From contig CM119264.1 of assembly GCA_051294375.1 (NCBI GenBank), positions 24,344,002 through 24,408,001 of the forward strand: a stretch of DNA of 64,000 nt, read 5' to 3'. Both the position numbers and the translations under genes were made by a program. Source of the DNA: Paraspadella gotoi (lineage: Eukaryota > Animalia > Chaetognatha). The notes under the pieces were generated by a model. That model was not told the DNA's origin, ran no database searches, and saw nothing but the letters and a program-made list of their open reading frames with translations. Positions 51,252 through 64,000 of the stretch are shown one piece after another. Every line of letters begins with the position of its first letter. Within the stretch, counting starts at the first letter, position 1.

Positions 51252-54200
51252 TTATTTATTGAGGTTGGAGATGGTGGCGGAGAAGGTCGGGAGAAGGGGA
51301 AGATGGGAGGAAAAAAGCGTTGGGAAGGTGTGAGCGGTCGAGGTAGCAGGGGGTGTTGGGGTGAAGAGGGATGGGGGAAGAGAGGAGGAGAAGGAGGAGG
51401 AGGAGGAGGACGCAAAGCGGCGCGTCGAGTCAGGAATCTTGTTCTCTTGTTGTTGGGCGGCCGGCGTTCGCGTTCTCGGGCCTGGCGGGCGGCTGGCGTC
51501 GCCGTGGCGTGTCTCCGATTCGATGACGTCCTCCAAGTCCTCGCTGATCCATGCCGGCTCACCCGTGCAATATGAGGTTTTGTGGCCGGTGCTGGAATGT
51601 CGATTGTCATATTGAGGCCGTTGCGACTGATGACGCGGAAGGGCCCTTCATATGGCGGGATTAGTGGTGGATTAACGCCTGCCTTTCGTACGAAAACGTA
51701 TTGCGCGGATTCCAAATTGGCCGCGAAGATGGATTGTCGTTGTCGGTGGGCGACGTTGACGTCGTTGTAAACGAGCAACTTCAACTCTGAGACCTGGCTA
51801 ATTGACGTTGACGTTGACGCTGTAACTCCGCGTTGTCGTTTTGGGCGTCGCAAGCATGCCGCGGGGACGTTGATCCCTTCACCGAATACTAAATCGGCCG
51901 CTGAGGCGCCGATATCTTCCTCACGGTAGTACGAATTGCAAGTAATGCTAAAGGCAAAACTTCCAGTACCAATTTCGCGTTCGTCTCTGGCCAACGCAAT
52001 GAGGGATTCTTCAGCCTTCGATGAAACCGTTCTACTAGGCCGTTGGCCTGTGGTGATATGCGGTTGTTGGCTGATGCTTTATTCCCCATTGCCTGGTAAA
52101 GCTGTCTCCATAGTGCGAATAAAATGGGTTCCCACGATCTGTGTAATTACTGCTGGAGTTCCGAAGGAGCTTATCCATTGTGGCTGAGGGCATCAAAATT
52201 GTTGTTGTAAGCGTATCCTTGATTTATCGCAGTTGGCCACCTGAGAAGCGTCTACTATTGAAGCAAATGTTTAAATTCCGTTTGAATTTGGCATTCTTAC
52301 TAGATCCAGATTTATGTGTTGAAACCTTCGAGTTGGGATTTTAAAATCACAAACTCGGGCACTACATGTCGAGTTACTTAGCTCGCTGGCAATCAAACAG
52401 TCTCTTGACCCATTTGCTGATATCCTGCTTCATATTTGTCCAGACGAATTTTGACGTTATCGCTTTACGTGTTGGCTTCGACGCCTGGATGGCCGAGGCC
52501 GTGTATTACGTCGAAGATTTTACGGCGCCAGCTGCAGGAACAAACGGCGAGCGGGGCCGTTTGAAACATCTGCTAGAACTGTTCATTGCCGACTTGGATT
52601 TTTCTGAAAGTCAAACCGGTTCTTGCATCCTCGGAAATCTTCTGGAATCGGCGTCGAGGCGTTGCTCTCTCGCCATTTGTTCGAAGTCAACGTCGAGGTT
52701 GTGAGTGAGGCTATTACGGCCTCGGCGTCTTCGAGTCGATTTTGTTGATCGGCCTTCTCAATTTTCTCTTCGAGTTTCTCGTCGACGTTGACCGATTTGG
52801 GTCGCTTGGGGTTGTTTGAATCTCCGCTTCGTTTTCGTTGGTTGCTGTGGTGATGCGGTTGGCGGATATTCGATTGCCTGTTCGGAGTGTTGATGATGCA
52901 GCATTTGCGACGCGATAAGGCGTCCGGCTACTACATTGCCTTTCCTTTTAAGTATCTGATATCCGTGGTGAATTCTGCGATCACCGGACAGCTGGTAGCC
53001 GGCGAGCAGTTTGAGGCTCCGATTTTCTTTTTGATAGCCGGTATCAAGCTTGGTGGTCGGTGTAGATTGTGAAATTCCTTCCTTCAATCAATGCCGAAAA
53101 TGGCGAACTGCTCTGAAGGCGCCGAATAATTCTCGGTCGAAAGGCGGCCAGAGTCTTTGATTTTTTTGCCAGTTTTCGCCGAGAAGAAGGCAAGCGGTTC
53201 CCAACCGCTTTGCGTCCTCGTTGTTCGAGAACCGCTCTACCGCCGTGATCTGATGCATCGGTTGTGACGCAGACTGTGCGCCTGTTCGAGGTGATGCAAG
53301 AGTGCTGCTTGTACTAAGCCTTGTTTGATTGATTCAAACGCTTCCTCACACTCCGTGTCCATTTCAACGCCTTTGGTTTGCCGCTTAAGGGCTCGTAGAG
53401 CGGCGCGCATTGTGAGCAACCTTAGGAACAAATCGCGATAATAATTTATCATTCCAAGAAATCGCCTGCAGTTCTTTGACTGTAGTCCGTCTCGTGTTGC
53501 TTGAAGAGTTTGTACTCTCTCCGGAAGGGTCGAACTCCATTCTTGTCAACCAAAAATCCGAGGAACTCCCAGTGATTCCTGACCCAGCGACACTTCTTGG
53601 TGTTGACCACCAAACCGTTGGCATCTAAGAGTCTTGAAGACTCGTCCGAGGTCTTGTAAGTGTTCCTCCGGTGAAGATGAGGCGACCAGTATATCATCAA
53701 GATATACGAAAGTGTGAGGATTTCTCCCAGAATCTCATCCATGAGACCTGGAAGTCCTGCCCTGGCATTTTTTAGGCCGAACGGGCAGCGGGGAAAGACG
53801 TACAGTCCGAAGGGTGTTATCACCGCGGTTTCTTTACATCATCGGGATAACCGGTATTGGTGATACCTTTTAACAAGTCGATCTTTGAGAATATCGTCTT
53901 GCCTTCGAGTTCGCATTGAAGTCTGTTAGTAGCTTCACTGGATACCTTGTCGTCTATTGTCTGAGTGTTTAGGCGCCTGTAGTCGCCGCAGCATCGCAGC
54001 CCGCCGTCAGGCTTGCTCACGACGTGTAGCGGCGACGACCACTCAGATTTTCCTCGCTTGCGATTCCCAATGAGACCCATGTTCTCTAACTCTCTCTAGC
54101 TACCGCCAGTTTCTCTGGGTCGAGTCTACGTGCCCTCGATTGGCAGGTCGACCTTCTGTGGGTATCGAATGAGTTACCCATGTTTTGGTTCTTCAGTTCA

Positions 54201-54693
54201 AATGTTGGGTTGAGAGTGATGGAAACGACTCGAGGAGCTATAAAACTTTTCTCCATTCTGTCCACGAAATTGACATGCATAGTTGTTTCGGAGGATATCG
54301 ATGCTGCAATGGTTGAATAATCTTGTAGATCCATGAGAAGGCCGTCTCGATGGTTGGGAGCTAAAAAGTTCTCCGCGAGAAAGTCTGCGCCAAGTATATT
54401 CTGTGTAACGTCTGCTACAATGATTCATATTCGAATTGGCGTTCCCCAGGTTACGGTCTTCATTACTCTTCCATAAGCAGTTATCGGAGATCCGTTTGCC
54501 GCTTGCAATCTCATTTCCGGATCAGGGCCGCGCTTCTTTCTGCTCACGGGTCGGGAATGATCGAAAGAACGCCCCGCCATCCACCACCATTTTCTCCTAT
54601 CGTTGGAGTCCCGGATGTAAAGCAAATCGCTGACGCGGTGAACGTGTTTGCTGTTGGGGAACGGCGTCACCGCCGGCGTCCCCCTTTGGCGTT
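51252..54693 (-). CDS. pol: Pol of copy 4
   Basis: Same as 33844-37285. Confidence 0.9.
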
Positions 54694-55533
54694 TTCCCTC
54701 ACGCCGTTTCTGAGTCTCTCGTATTTAGCACAGCCTGGTTCACAGACCAGGCGTCCTCTCGATCGTACGTGTTTTGCTGCAGATAGTCATTAGCTTTGGC
54801 TTCTTTTCTCTTTCGCTGGATTCGACTTCTTTTTCATTGTAGTTCCGCTTCTGGAATTTGCCGAGGGCGTTGATGGCGTCGTCTTCATCCCGATGTCGAT
54901 TGTTGACGCTCTCCGCTGTTCTCTTCGATGTTGTTGACGAGGGAGCTTTGCTGGCGAATCTTGAGATTTCCTTCAATATCGAAGTGGTGATCTGGCCAGG
55001 CTGGCACAGATCTTTTGCTGATAAGTCCTCGGCCTTTATCCTCCAGTTGACGTCGGTATTCGGTTGGAAGGTCTCGAAGAATTTTTTCTTTTCGAACGTC
55101 ATCGAGATTAAGCGTTTTGTTTTTTCTTCAATTGTGCTAGCTTTTTTGATGGTTAACGCCGTTCGAAGTCGAAAGGATCGAGAAGGAAAGCAGCTTGTTG
55201 TCGGCGAGATAATCCATATTCTTTTCTCAAGTATTGAGGAACTGGTTCACGTTCTTCCGTTGCATCGCCGAAGAGAAACTGGTGATGGTCGATCAACCTT
55301 AACGCCAATCTTTGATTCGAGATGGGCGAATTTGCTCTCTGGGACTGACGATTCCTGCCCGAGTATAGGCGGATTCGACCGCCTGATCCAGATCTCGATA
55401 TTGGAGTGTCGAAATCCGAAGGTCGGGTTTCTTGTGGTAAGCTCTCTCCAGGGCGCGCAGTCGCTGCGGCCAAAGCTGCGCGAAGCTCCTCGTTTTCCCG
55501 CGAAGCTCCCTTTCTGTGGCGCACAGTCGCCAT
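54667..55533 (-). CDS. gag: Gag of copy 4
   Basis: Same as 37259-38125. Confidence 0.75.
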
Positions 55534-58500
55534 GTCGGCGGTTTTCGAAATTGCTGGCGTCGATTCTTTGAAAGTCGAACGTTGGAGCGGCGTTAGCAAA
55601 TACTGGCGACGTCGATCTTGATCGATGTCGGCCGAAGCCTAAAGGACTTGGAGGGTTGCTGCGTCTGCTCGAGCGTCCGGCTGGAGTCGCGTTGAGAGGA
55701 GCGAAGGCGTATATTGATGTTCTTGGCTTGTCATTCTGCTTTTCTCCTCGCGTCGTGGGCCCGGTTGGTGGACGTGGAGATTGGGGCAGTGAAGGAAAGG
55801 GTGTTAGCGGATATGGATGTTATCGCTTAATCCCTCATCCTCCATCCAATCTTACCTCAGAGTGGTTGGATGATCCGTTGCCCGTTTGGAAGTTGTGTTT
55901 GATTCTGCGTTGGGCTGACCATGTGGCAAGGTGAGTTAGGTTCTAAGATCGTGAGACTTGGTGATTCATCACTTAAGGATCCGGAGCGCAGGGAGCGCTT
56001 ACGTTGGTGCTTAATGATTAGACTGTTCTAATTTCTCATAGCATTAATGTATTATTTTACAAAATTTGTTGGAACTTATAAAACATGAAGAATAAAGTTT
56101 TAGATCAGGTTTATTCTTTTTTTGAGAGTAAAAGCCAGACTGAATGAATCAGTTTACAATCAATAATAAGGAAGGCAATCATAAACAAAATAATAATTCA
56201 TAGTGACATCTTGTGTTGAATTTGGTGTGATCCCTTGGGAGAAGACAAAAGTCTTGATAATCCATTAAAGGTTTAAGTAAGGATTCGAGTTGAGTATTTG
56301 GTAGTTGACTGGTTTGGCCCAGGTCGCTCGTCAAGGCATCCCAAGTCTTTGATTCCCGGGTTCAACTCCGGGAGCGGCATGAATTATTTTATATAGAAAT
56401 TAATTTGATCGAGGTGCTACATCTTTTAACTTTAGCCTAATTTTTTACCTCATTAATTATTAATAAATTTAGTTAACTAACTTTTTATAAAACATAAAAT
56501 TTAGAAATAAACTTACAAAATTTTTATAATTTTATTTTTATATTTCAAAGCTCATATAAATTTTATAAAATTTTAATAATTTGATTTATCATATAACTTA
56601 TAATGGTTTTTAATAATTTTATATACATTAAAAACCCTTATTTTCGACAAGAAAGATAAAATATACAAAAAAAAATGGTCATCACCATCGAATTCTACAG
56701 ATACATTACACTAAAAATAGCTATGTACCTCACTTGATTTGTTATATTTGTTATTTTTCAATGGATTATATTTTCTTATATCAACTTTTTGTAAGGAATT
56801 AAAATCTGGTTTTAAAATTTTAAATTTTTTATTTTTTCACTTTAACTTATTTTTTTTATTATTTATTAATAAATATAGCTAACAAACTATTAATAAAATA
56901 TAAAATTTGTAAATAAACTTACCAAAATATTTATCTGGGTCTTTATTTTCATATTATGTAAGTTAAATATGGCTTTTATAAAATCTTAATAATTTGAGTT
57001 TCTTATACTCTACAATGTTTGCTCCATTTTAATAGCACCTTATATGCTGCAAAAATCGCCATTTCCGACAAAGAAGATGAGACTATACAAAAAAATGGTT
57101 ATCATCATCGAATACACTAAAATAGCTATGTACCTCACTTGATTTGTTATATTTCGTTATTTTTCAACGCCCTAGTGATAATTTGACGAGAAAATATTCA
57201 CCCTTGAAAGACAAGGCAAATAAAAACAAAGGGAAAGAGTGAAGATGGACTTGATTGAAGTAAAAAAACGAAGGAAAAGAATGAAAAAAATAAATTGAGA
57301 GATGCAAGAGAGCAGAGAGCTGAGATCGAAGAGAAGCAGAGAACGAGAGCAGAGAGAAGAAAAGAGGTTTACCGTCAAACAAGTTTGATCCAGTTCCAAA
57401 GAAAAACAAATTTAAAAATGAATGAAAAAAGTGGAAAGAAAAGTGGAAAGTTTAAGGAGGCTTTGAAAAAATAGAGTGCCAAGTGGAAAACGAGTGAGTT
57501 TGAGTGTGAGACGCGGATGAGAGAGAGAAGAGACAGAGAGAGATGATGAGAGCAGAGGACGAGGCTGAGATGAAGAGAGATGAGCGGAGCAGAGAGAAGA
57601 GCACGATACTGCATGAGAGATGAGTAACGTTGAAGCGTGTTTAATTTTAAAATAAAAAATAATCATTGCTTTATAACTAAATAGAAATCGGTGATTAAAG
57701 AAGACGTTTAGCTGTAAATTATACTAATTTTCACTTAGTATATTAGTAAACGATTAATACATCACAGTACCAGTGCGCCCCATTTCAACCGTTCTGAACC
57801 AGCCATCCCAACTGTCTCCTAATTTAATCCCAACTATCCTGAAAACTCCGGTCGTACTATCTTTCTCCCGCCAACATAAATCGGGCGAAGACGAAAGTGG
57901 GAAGAGAGCCAAAGACCCGGATTAGGAAAGAAGAGAAGGGGAGAAGGAGAAAGGAGAAGAGGGGAAGAGGGGCGGGGGGGGAGGGAGAGCGAGAGGTTCG
58001 GAGACCTCGTTCTCGGTCATTCGATATTAATCAAATAGATACGAGATCGGCCGAGCGCATGAAGAGCAGAGGGCGGGCAGGTCGACCAATGGAGCGGCTT
58101 GTCGGTCGATTATGGACGAAAGAACGTCGGTATGTTTAGTTGTAAGGAGGTAAGTCCATAAGTAAGTAAGTCGTTTGATACCGAAGAGACGCACTATTCT
58201 TCGATCAGAAATTTGTTTGCCGAAAATCTTGTCAGCTTTGTTTTCTTTGACGAGAGAGAGAAAACTGGTTCAGACGCAGCGGCCGTTGCAGCCGCTGCGT
58301 TCTAAGCCGCCGCGTCCTGCCGCCGCTAAATCTCGGTTCATTAGTGAAAAATCTATTTGACCGAAAAACGAATTTGGTGACCGAGACGCAAGTATGACGA
58401 CAACAAAGAAATAAAAAAAAACAACTGACAAATGACATAGATAAGTTATCCGTGATTATGCACTACATTTTTAAAATTTAAAAAAATCTGAATTAAATTT

Positions 58501-59650
58501 AAGTTAAAAAAACATAAACATAAAAGGGGACATCAAAAAAGCATTACGAAACAGAAATCATGTTATTCAGAAAAAAATCTACGACATTTAGTCACAAAAA
58601 ACCACAAATCTTTCGGCAGGAGAATCGAATAATGTAATTGAAAATGAAAACCGGTTGGACAATCGTGGCGGAGTAAAAATTCGAATATAGTCAGCCAATC
58701 AAACGGGACATAACAAAAGAACAACCAATCAGAAGCACGAGTCTCGGCACTGTTTGATTTTTCTCTGACTGCATCGAAATCACCAGGCAACCAGAGATGC
58801 GCAGTTGGAACTGCCCCTGTACAGTTCTGCCATTCATTGATTGCGCTGTGCTCTTTTCAACCGAAACGAAATTAACGAAGAGAATAATTGCTGAAAAAAT
58901 TGGGTGGAAACAACTATAGTTTTTGTGTGCGTGACTGTGTGTGTTAACAAAGAAATAAAGGAGTTTCGTCGGGAGTCGACTGAGCGGCTCCGTTCTTCTT
59001 CCTCCTAAACAGTTAATTCGCAACTGAATTTCAAGTTGAATAAAACGACAATCAGTTTCAGCTTATCGCCTCCAAACGACCCTCAATCTCAGTTCTCGAC
59101 GAATTCTATTTTTAACTTTCACTCGAAAGAGTTTTATTGTTTTTGTTTTTTTGTTTTTGTTTTTTGGTTTTTGTTGATTTCTTTGCTAGATTAGTTTGTT
59201 TTTTAAAATATTAACATCTATCGTTCAATAATTGTTTGATATATTTTTCTGACAATATTTTTTTATCTTAATCTATCTTTCTCCGCGATTTTTATCAATA
59301 TCCAAAGCGATAATACGGCTTCACTGCATTTAATTTAGTAATTTTTTTTTTTCGCCGCGCGACGAATTTCTTCTTTGTCACTTTGACAATCACTTTTTCG
59401 GGTTTTCTTTGTCGTTAGAGAAACGTGGGTGTGTCGCCTCCACTTTTCTTTTTTAATCTCGAGATGAAACCATAATTCGCCAGTTTTCCTTTTCGCTGAA
59501 TCAATTTCATGTTTTCGCGCCTCATTTTACGCATTTTCTCTTTTACTTTTTCTTTGTGAGACGACGACGACGACAACTGATTGGAAGGGATTTGTCGCCC
59601 CTTGGCCCCCTGCCCTTCCGTCAATGGCACCCTCAAAACAGTATCTCTCT

Positions 59651-59681
<31 letters not shown>

Positions 59682-59688
59682 TCTCTCT

Positions 59689-59725
<37 letters not shown>

Positions 59726-60339
59726 CGGTTCCATTCCTTCCAACGTCGGGCGAGTCAAAAATTCTCTTCTCCATTTTTGTTGATTCCTTCTTTTTCTTTC
59801 TTTTTTTTCCTTTCTGCCTCATGTGCTCCTTTTCTTTTTTGAATATTTACCTCTCTTTAAGATCCTTTCTATTTTACCGCGTCCACTCTTTTTAATCTCC
59901 ATTTCCCTCTCAGAAATTTCCAAGTATTCATCCTTACAGAATCGCTTCCCCCGGGGGCGTGCTGGGGGCAGGCGCCCGCGGGTGGCTCCGCGGGGCGGCC
60001 CCGAGGGGCAGGCCAAATCCTTACCAGCCTAGGGCCGGCCGCCTGTAGCCTCTTTTTTGGAGCCGCCCAAGGGGCCACTCCAGGGGGAATCCCCCTGGGG
60101 CGCTATAAAAACCTTGCCCCCTGGGGCTACCCCAAGGGGAATGGATTTTCCTGCCCCCTGGAAACGGCTCTCTCTCCCTCCTATCTCTCTCTCTCTACTC
60201 TCTCTCCTCTCTCTCTCTTCCTCTATCTAATTTTTATCTATTTTCATCTTCATTACAATAAAATATAAAAAATAAAAATAATTTTTTCAGCGATTCAATG
60301 TAATCAATCAATGAAACCATAGCTGTAGCCAATACCAAC

Positions 60340-60845
60340 TTGCATAATTTGGTCACCTGCGCATAATTTAGTCCAATTGACCTAATTTGGTCACTGGACA
60401 TAAATTGGTCAACGGATTATAATTTAATCCAAACTTTTAAAATTGGTATAACTTTTATAATTTGGTAAAAGCTTTATATAATTTGGTACATTTTTTTATA
60501 ATTTAGTTAAACTTGCTATAATTTGGTTAACCACTCATAATTGCGCTAAACTTTTATGAATTGGTAAACTTTATAATTGTAAACTTTCATAATGTTGGTA
60601 AACTTTCAATATTTGGTAAACTTTCAATAATTTAAATACAATTTGCATAATTAAATCAAACTCGCATTAATTTGGTCAACTTGCATAATTTGGTCAATTT
60701 CATAGATTTTTGGTCAATTGGCATAAATGTGGGATCAACTGGTATATAATTGGTGTAATTTATGCTGTAATTTAGATGCAACAGTCATAATTTGGTCAAC
60801 TGCATATTTGGTCAATTTAGATAATTTGGACGAACTTGGATAATT
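60340..60845. repeat. Degenerate ~19-bp minisatellite (GCATAATTTGGTCAACTT / TATAATTTGGTAAACTTT), ~25 units
   Basis: Recurrent ATAATTTGGT core. Confidence 0.85.
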
Positions 60846-62059
60846 AATTATTAATGTTGGATTCAATCAATACAACTTAACCAATTTAAGCGTCATATAT
60901 AATTTTATCAATATGAAATAAAAATAAAAGAAGAAGAAGAAATAGAGAAGTGCAAAAAATTTATTTTAATATTTTTCAAGTAAAAGTAACTTTTGTTTTT
61001 TCCATTAAAACTTACTATTCATTTTTCTACCTAACACACAAGAATTTTGATCGTTAAAAATTTTATAAGAATAGAAGAGTAGGGAATGGTTGATTAATTT
61101 TATAATTGCACACTATACGAAAATAATTGAATTAAAGTAAAATAGTTTATTGATTAATTATTAATATTCAGTCTTAAGTCCATCCATATTAGCATTGAAC
61201 CTCCAATTAATTCGTGATTAAATAGATGGTTGGAATAGAAATTTTGTGTGTGGGTAGAAAGTATGTTGATTGAGCGAGAAGTATCAAGTTATTGTCAACT
61301 CTCTCTCTCAAATCGTCAGCCTCTAACTAACAAGCCGTGAGTTCATGCTGTAAGCAATCTAACATAAACTGACAATTATTAATTACAAATCTTAAATAAA
61401 ATAAAATTAATTTTACGAGTGTAGGAACTCGTTTGCAGCTGTTGATGGAGATAGTTTTATACTGGTGTTAATCTATTTGATGGGGGACATATTCCTAATA
61501 TTAGTTCACATTCAGCTGACTATCACTAGTGTCACAGGGTATCGTCATGGACATACGAAACAAGGCAGAAAGATACACATTTATAAAAAAGAAAGATAAA
61601 AAAGATGCAAAACTAGAATGAGAGTCAAGATGATCTGATTGCGTTCTCTATACCACTAAATTTGTGGTGGGACTACGGTCACATACAGTTGTTTGTTATA
61701 AACTGTTTTCTATACTATTTAACTGAGCAAGTAAAAGTAAACTGGAGTATATAGAAAATACAAATAGTTGATATGGTATGTTTGATAAAATATGGAATAA
61801 AATGAGTTAGATCAATACTGACGTTGTGTACTGTGAAAATATGTATATTTAATGTCAGATTACATAAAACAATTCTTGAATAGAGGATGAAAAAAAGATC
61901 TATAGAGAAGAAAAAAAGAGAGAAGAGAAAAAAAAAGAGTGGAATGAGAAAAAAGAGAGAGAGAGAAAAAGAGGAGACGGGAAAAAGAAAAAGGGAGAGA
62001 GAAAGAGAGAGTAGACAGACAGGGAAAAATATTCTCAGATATAATAACATATCAAACTG

Positions 62060-62940
62060 AACATATCTTGTAAGAGTGATGGAGGCCTTAAACCACCAAA
62101 GCCTGTCCAAAGTCAGGGGCAAGATAGCTTGTATTTATTAAATGAATGGATAATTTTTAGTGATTTCATATGGTTGTGATGCCAATTCTCATAGAAATTC
62201 AGCTCTCTTAGTATTTTGAGTGCTAGTGCGGAGTACAATAAGTATTCCCCGATCCTAAATAGCTTAAGGGGAGTGGTCTTTTTCAGTACAATCTGAAACA
62301 TTCTTTGAAGAATAATTTTCCACTTCTATTGATAGGGAAGGCCAGGTACTCCTGGAGTAGAATAAACGAGACTGTGAGAGAGGTCTTTGATGAAAAGCTT
62401 GCAGGGACCTGCTCATGTGCATTATCTTGTAAGAGGTGATGAGGCCTTAAACACACAAAGCCTGTCCGAAAAGTCAGGGGCAAGATAGCTTATATGTAAA
62501 TGATGGATAATTTTTATATTGGTTGTACCAATTTCATAAAAGTTCAGCAATCCTTGGTATTTTGATGCACTAGATGGTGCGGAGTACAATAAGTATTCCC
62601 CGGATCTAATACTTAAGGGAGTGGTCTTGTTCAAGTAACAAATTGGAACACATTGCTTTGAAATATTTTCGCACTTCAATTGATATAGGCTGAAGAGGCA
62701 GGTACTCTGGGAGTGATAAAGACGAGACTGTGAAAAAAGAAGTCATTGGAATTTGAAAGCTTGCCAGGGACGCTGCTATGTATTATTTGTAAGAGTGATG
62801 GAGGCCTTAAACCACCAAAGCTGATCCACAAAAGTCAGGGGAAGATAAGCTTTTTAATTAAATGAAATGTGATAAGTATTTTAATATTGGTTGTAGCCAA
62901 TTGCATCATAGTCAGAAAAAGTATATTTTATCCTCATCTA
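62060..62940 (+). repeat. Tandem array of a ~360-bp unit x ~2.4
   Basis: TTGTAAGAGTGATGGAGGCCTTAAACCACCAAAGCCTGTCC recurs at ~62068, ~62427 and ~62787. Confidence 0.85.
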
Positions 62941-63315
62941 TACTTTGCTCTCGTCTTTAACTCGCCCCTTGGGGGAGCAGTTTTTGTTGCTCCCCAAGGG
63001 GTTACCACCCGGGGCCGACTTTAGTTTTTGGCCCAGGGGCTAAGAGATTAGGGGCGCCGCCTAATGACCCAAAATTAGTTGGCCCCCAGGGGGGAACCCG
63101 CCTCTGGGGCGAGGCCTCGCCATGAGGCGAATACCAGAGGGGGCGCCCCTCAATGGACCATTTGCTCTCCGCCTGGAATAGTCTTGCCCCATGGGCGGCC
63201 GAGCGCCTGTATGAGCACGCCCGCGGGCGGAGGATATTGGTGAGAGTGAACATATCTCACGAATTTCGTTAAAACTATTTACTTATTCATTGAATCTCTC
63301 GATCTTGATTTTTAA

Positions 63316-63378
<63 letters not shown>

Positions 63379-64000
63379 AAAACCACGAATTAAATTCGAA
63401 GCCCGTTTTTCTCGGGCCGAGATTTGTGGCTCCGGAATAACTTTATCAATATTATTGTTATTATCCATAAACTTTTCAACAGTCTATCTCTTTTGCCGTC
63501 AAAAATTTTAATATTCATCGCAAATTCAAACTAAATTTTTTTTGGTTTCGTCCCTGAGTTAATTAAACCGGGCTCTACCGTGTAACAATTTACTGATTTG
63601 AACAAGCCTATTTTCCATAAAACATCAATTTTAAAATTCTTTTCAGGTCAAAAGAATTGACTCAGTAAAATTAGTCACAATCCAAACAATCGAGAAACTC
63701 GAGCTTAAAAAAAGCCTTTACCCTAAAAAGCTTGCCTTATCATCTTTTGGAGAAAAAAAAACCCCGAAGCCAACAAGTCTTATCCTCGAAAACATTCGTT
63801 TCGAAACTGGCCTAAAATGGTAAGAAAAAATTAAAAGTTATATAATTTTTTTTAATTCGCATTTCTCATATAAATTTCGACATTTAAAAACATGAGCGAA
63901 TGGTCTTGCCAGATTTACCCGGAATTTCGATTCAATTTGTAACCAAATATTTCATTTTACAGGGAAATCGCTTTCGATTTGTTCTTCTGTTTCTTGTCGT

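Larger units (their letters stand above)
49318..56421 (-). mobile_element. Gypsy copy 4 (same as copy 2)
   Basis: Same sequence as copy 2, including indels. Confidence 0.95.
40384..56760. repeat. Second copy of the palindrome (offset +17,408; centre ~48939)
   Basis: The ORF track repeats exactly with offset 17,408; ~40878-56436 appears base-identical to ~23470-39028. Confidence 0.95.
23684..57174. mobile_element. AT-rich hAT-like foldback MITE (native size ~1 kb). Left end 23684 (duplicated at 41092), right end 57174; interrupted by the Gypsy and by artefactual duplications
   Basis: Termini TAGAGCGTTGAAAAATA and TATTTTTCAACGCCCTA, long imperfect inverted arms, and a perfect 8-bp TSD GTGATAAT at 23676-23683 and 57175-57182. 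TAGRG ends with an 8-bp TSD are typical of the hAT superfamily. Confidence 0.8.

Noticed and set aside
60340-60845. CRISPR-like short repeats (also 1-218)
   Set aside because: Contiguous degenerate tandem units without unique spacers, no cas genes, and a eukaryotic context.

Overview
Eukaryotic (probably invertebrate) draft-scaffold DNA: AT-rich, dense in (AG)n/(GTC)n microsatellites, with N gaps and long stretches of indel-ridden long-read sequence. Almost all listed ORFs are spurious. Supported content: (1) two phase-compatible exons of a DUF229-like gene on the minus strand (1864-1630, 740-481); (2) a Ty3/Gypsy LTR retrotransposon of the CsRN1 type (CHCC Gag knuckle, G-GGA-AAC frameshift site, PR-RT-RH-IN); (3) a ~1 kb AT-rich hAT-like foldback MITE with a perfect 8-bp TSD (GTGATAAT), into which the Gypsy inserted. 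The Gypsy appears four times, as two ~17 kb palindromes. About 15.5 kb of the second palindrome looks base-identical to the first (offset 17,408). The TSD, the flanks and the error pattern indicate one real locus, inflated by a fold-back long read used twice in gap filling. The best biological oddities are in the element itself: a tRNA-like Pol III A/B-box cassette antisense in every LTR, a three-LTR structure, a ~260-bp flanking duplication instead of a short TSD, and a non-canonical protease motif and PBS.
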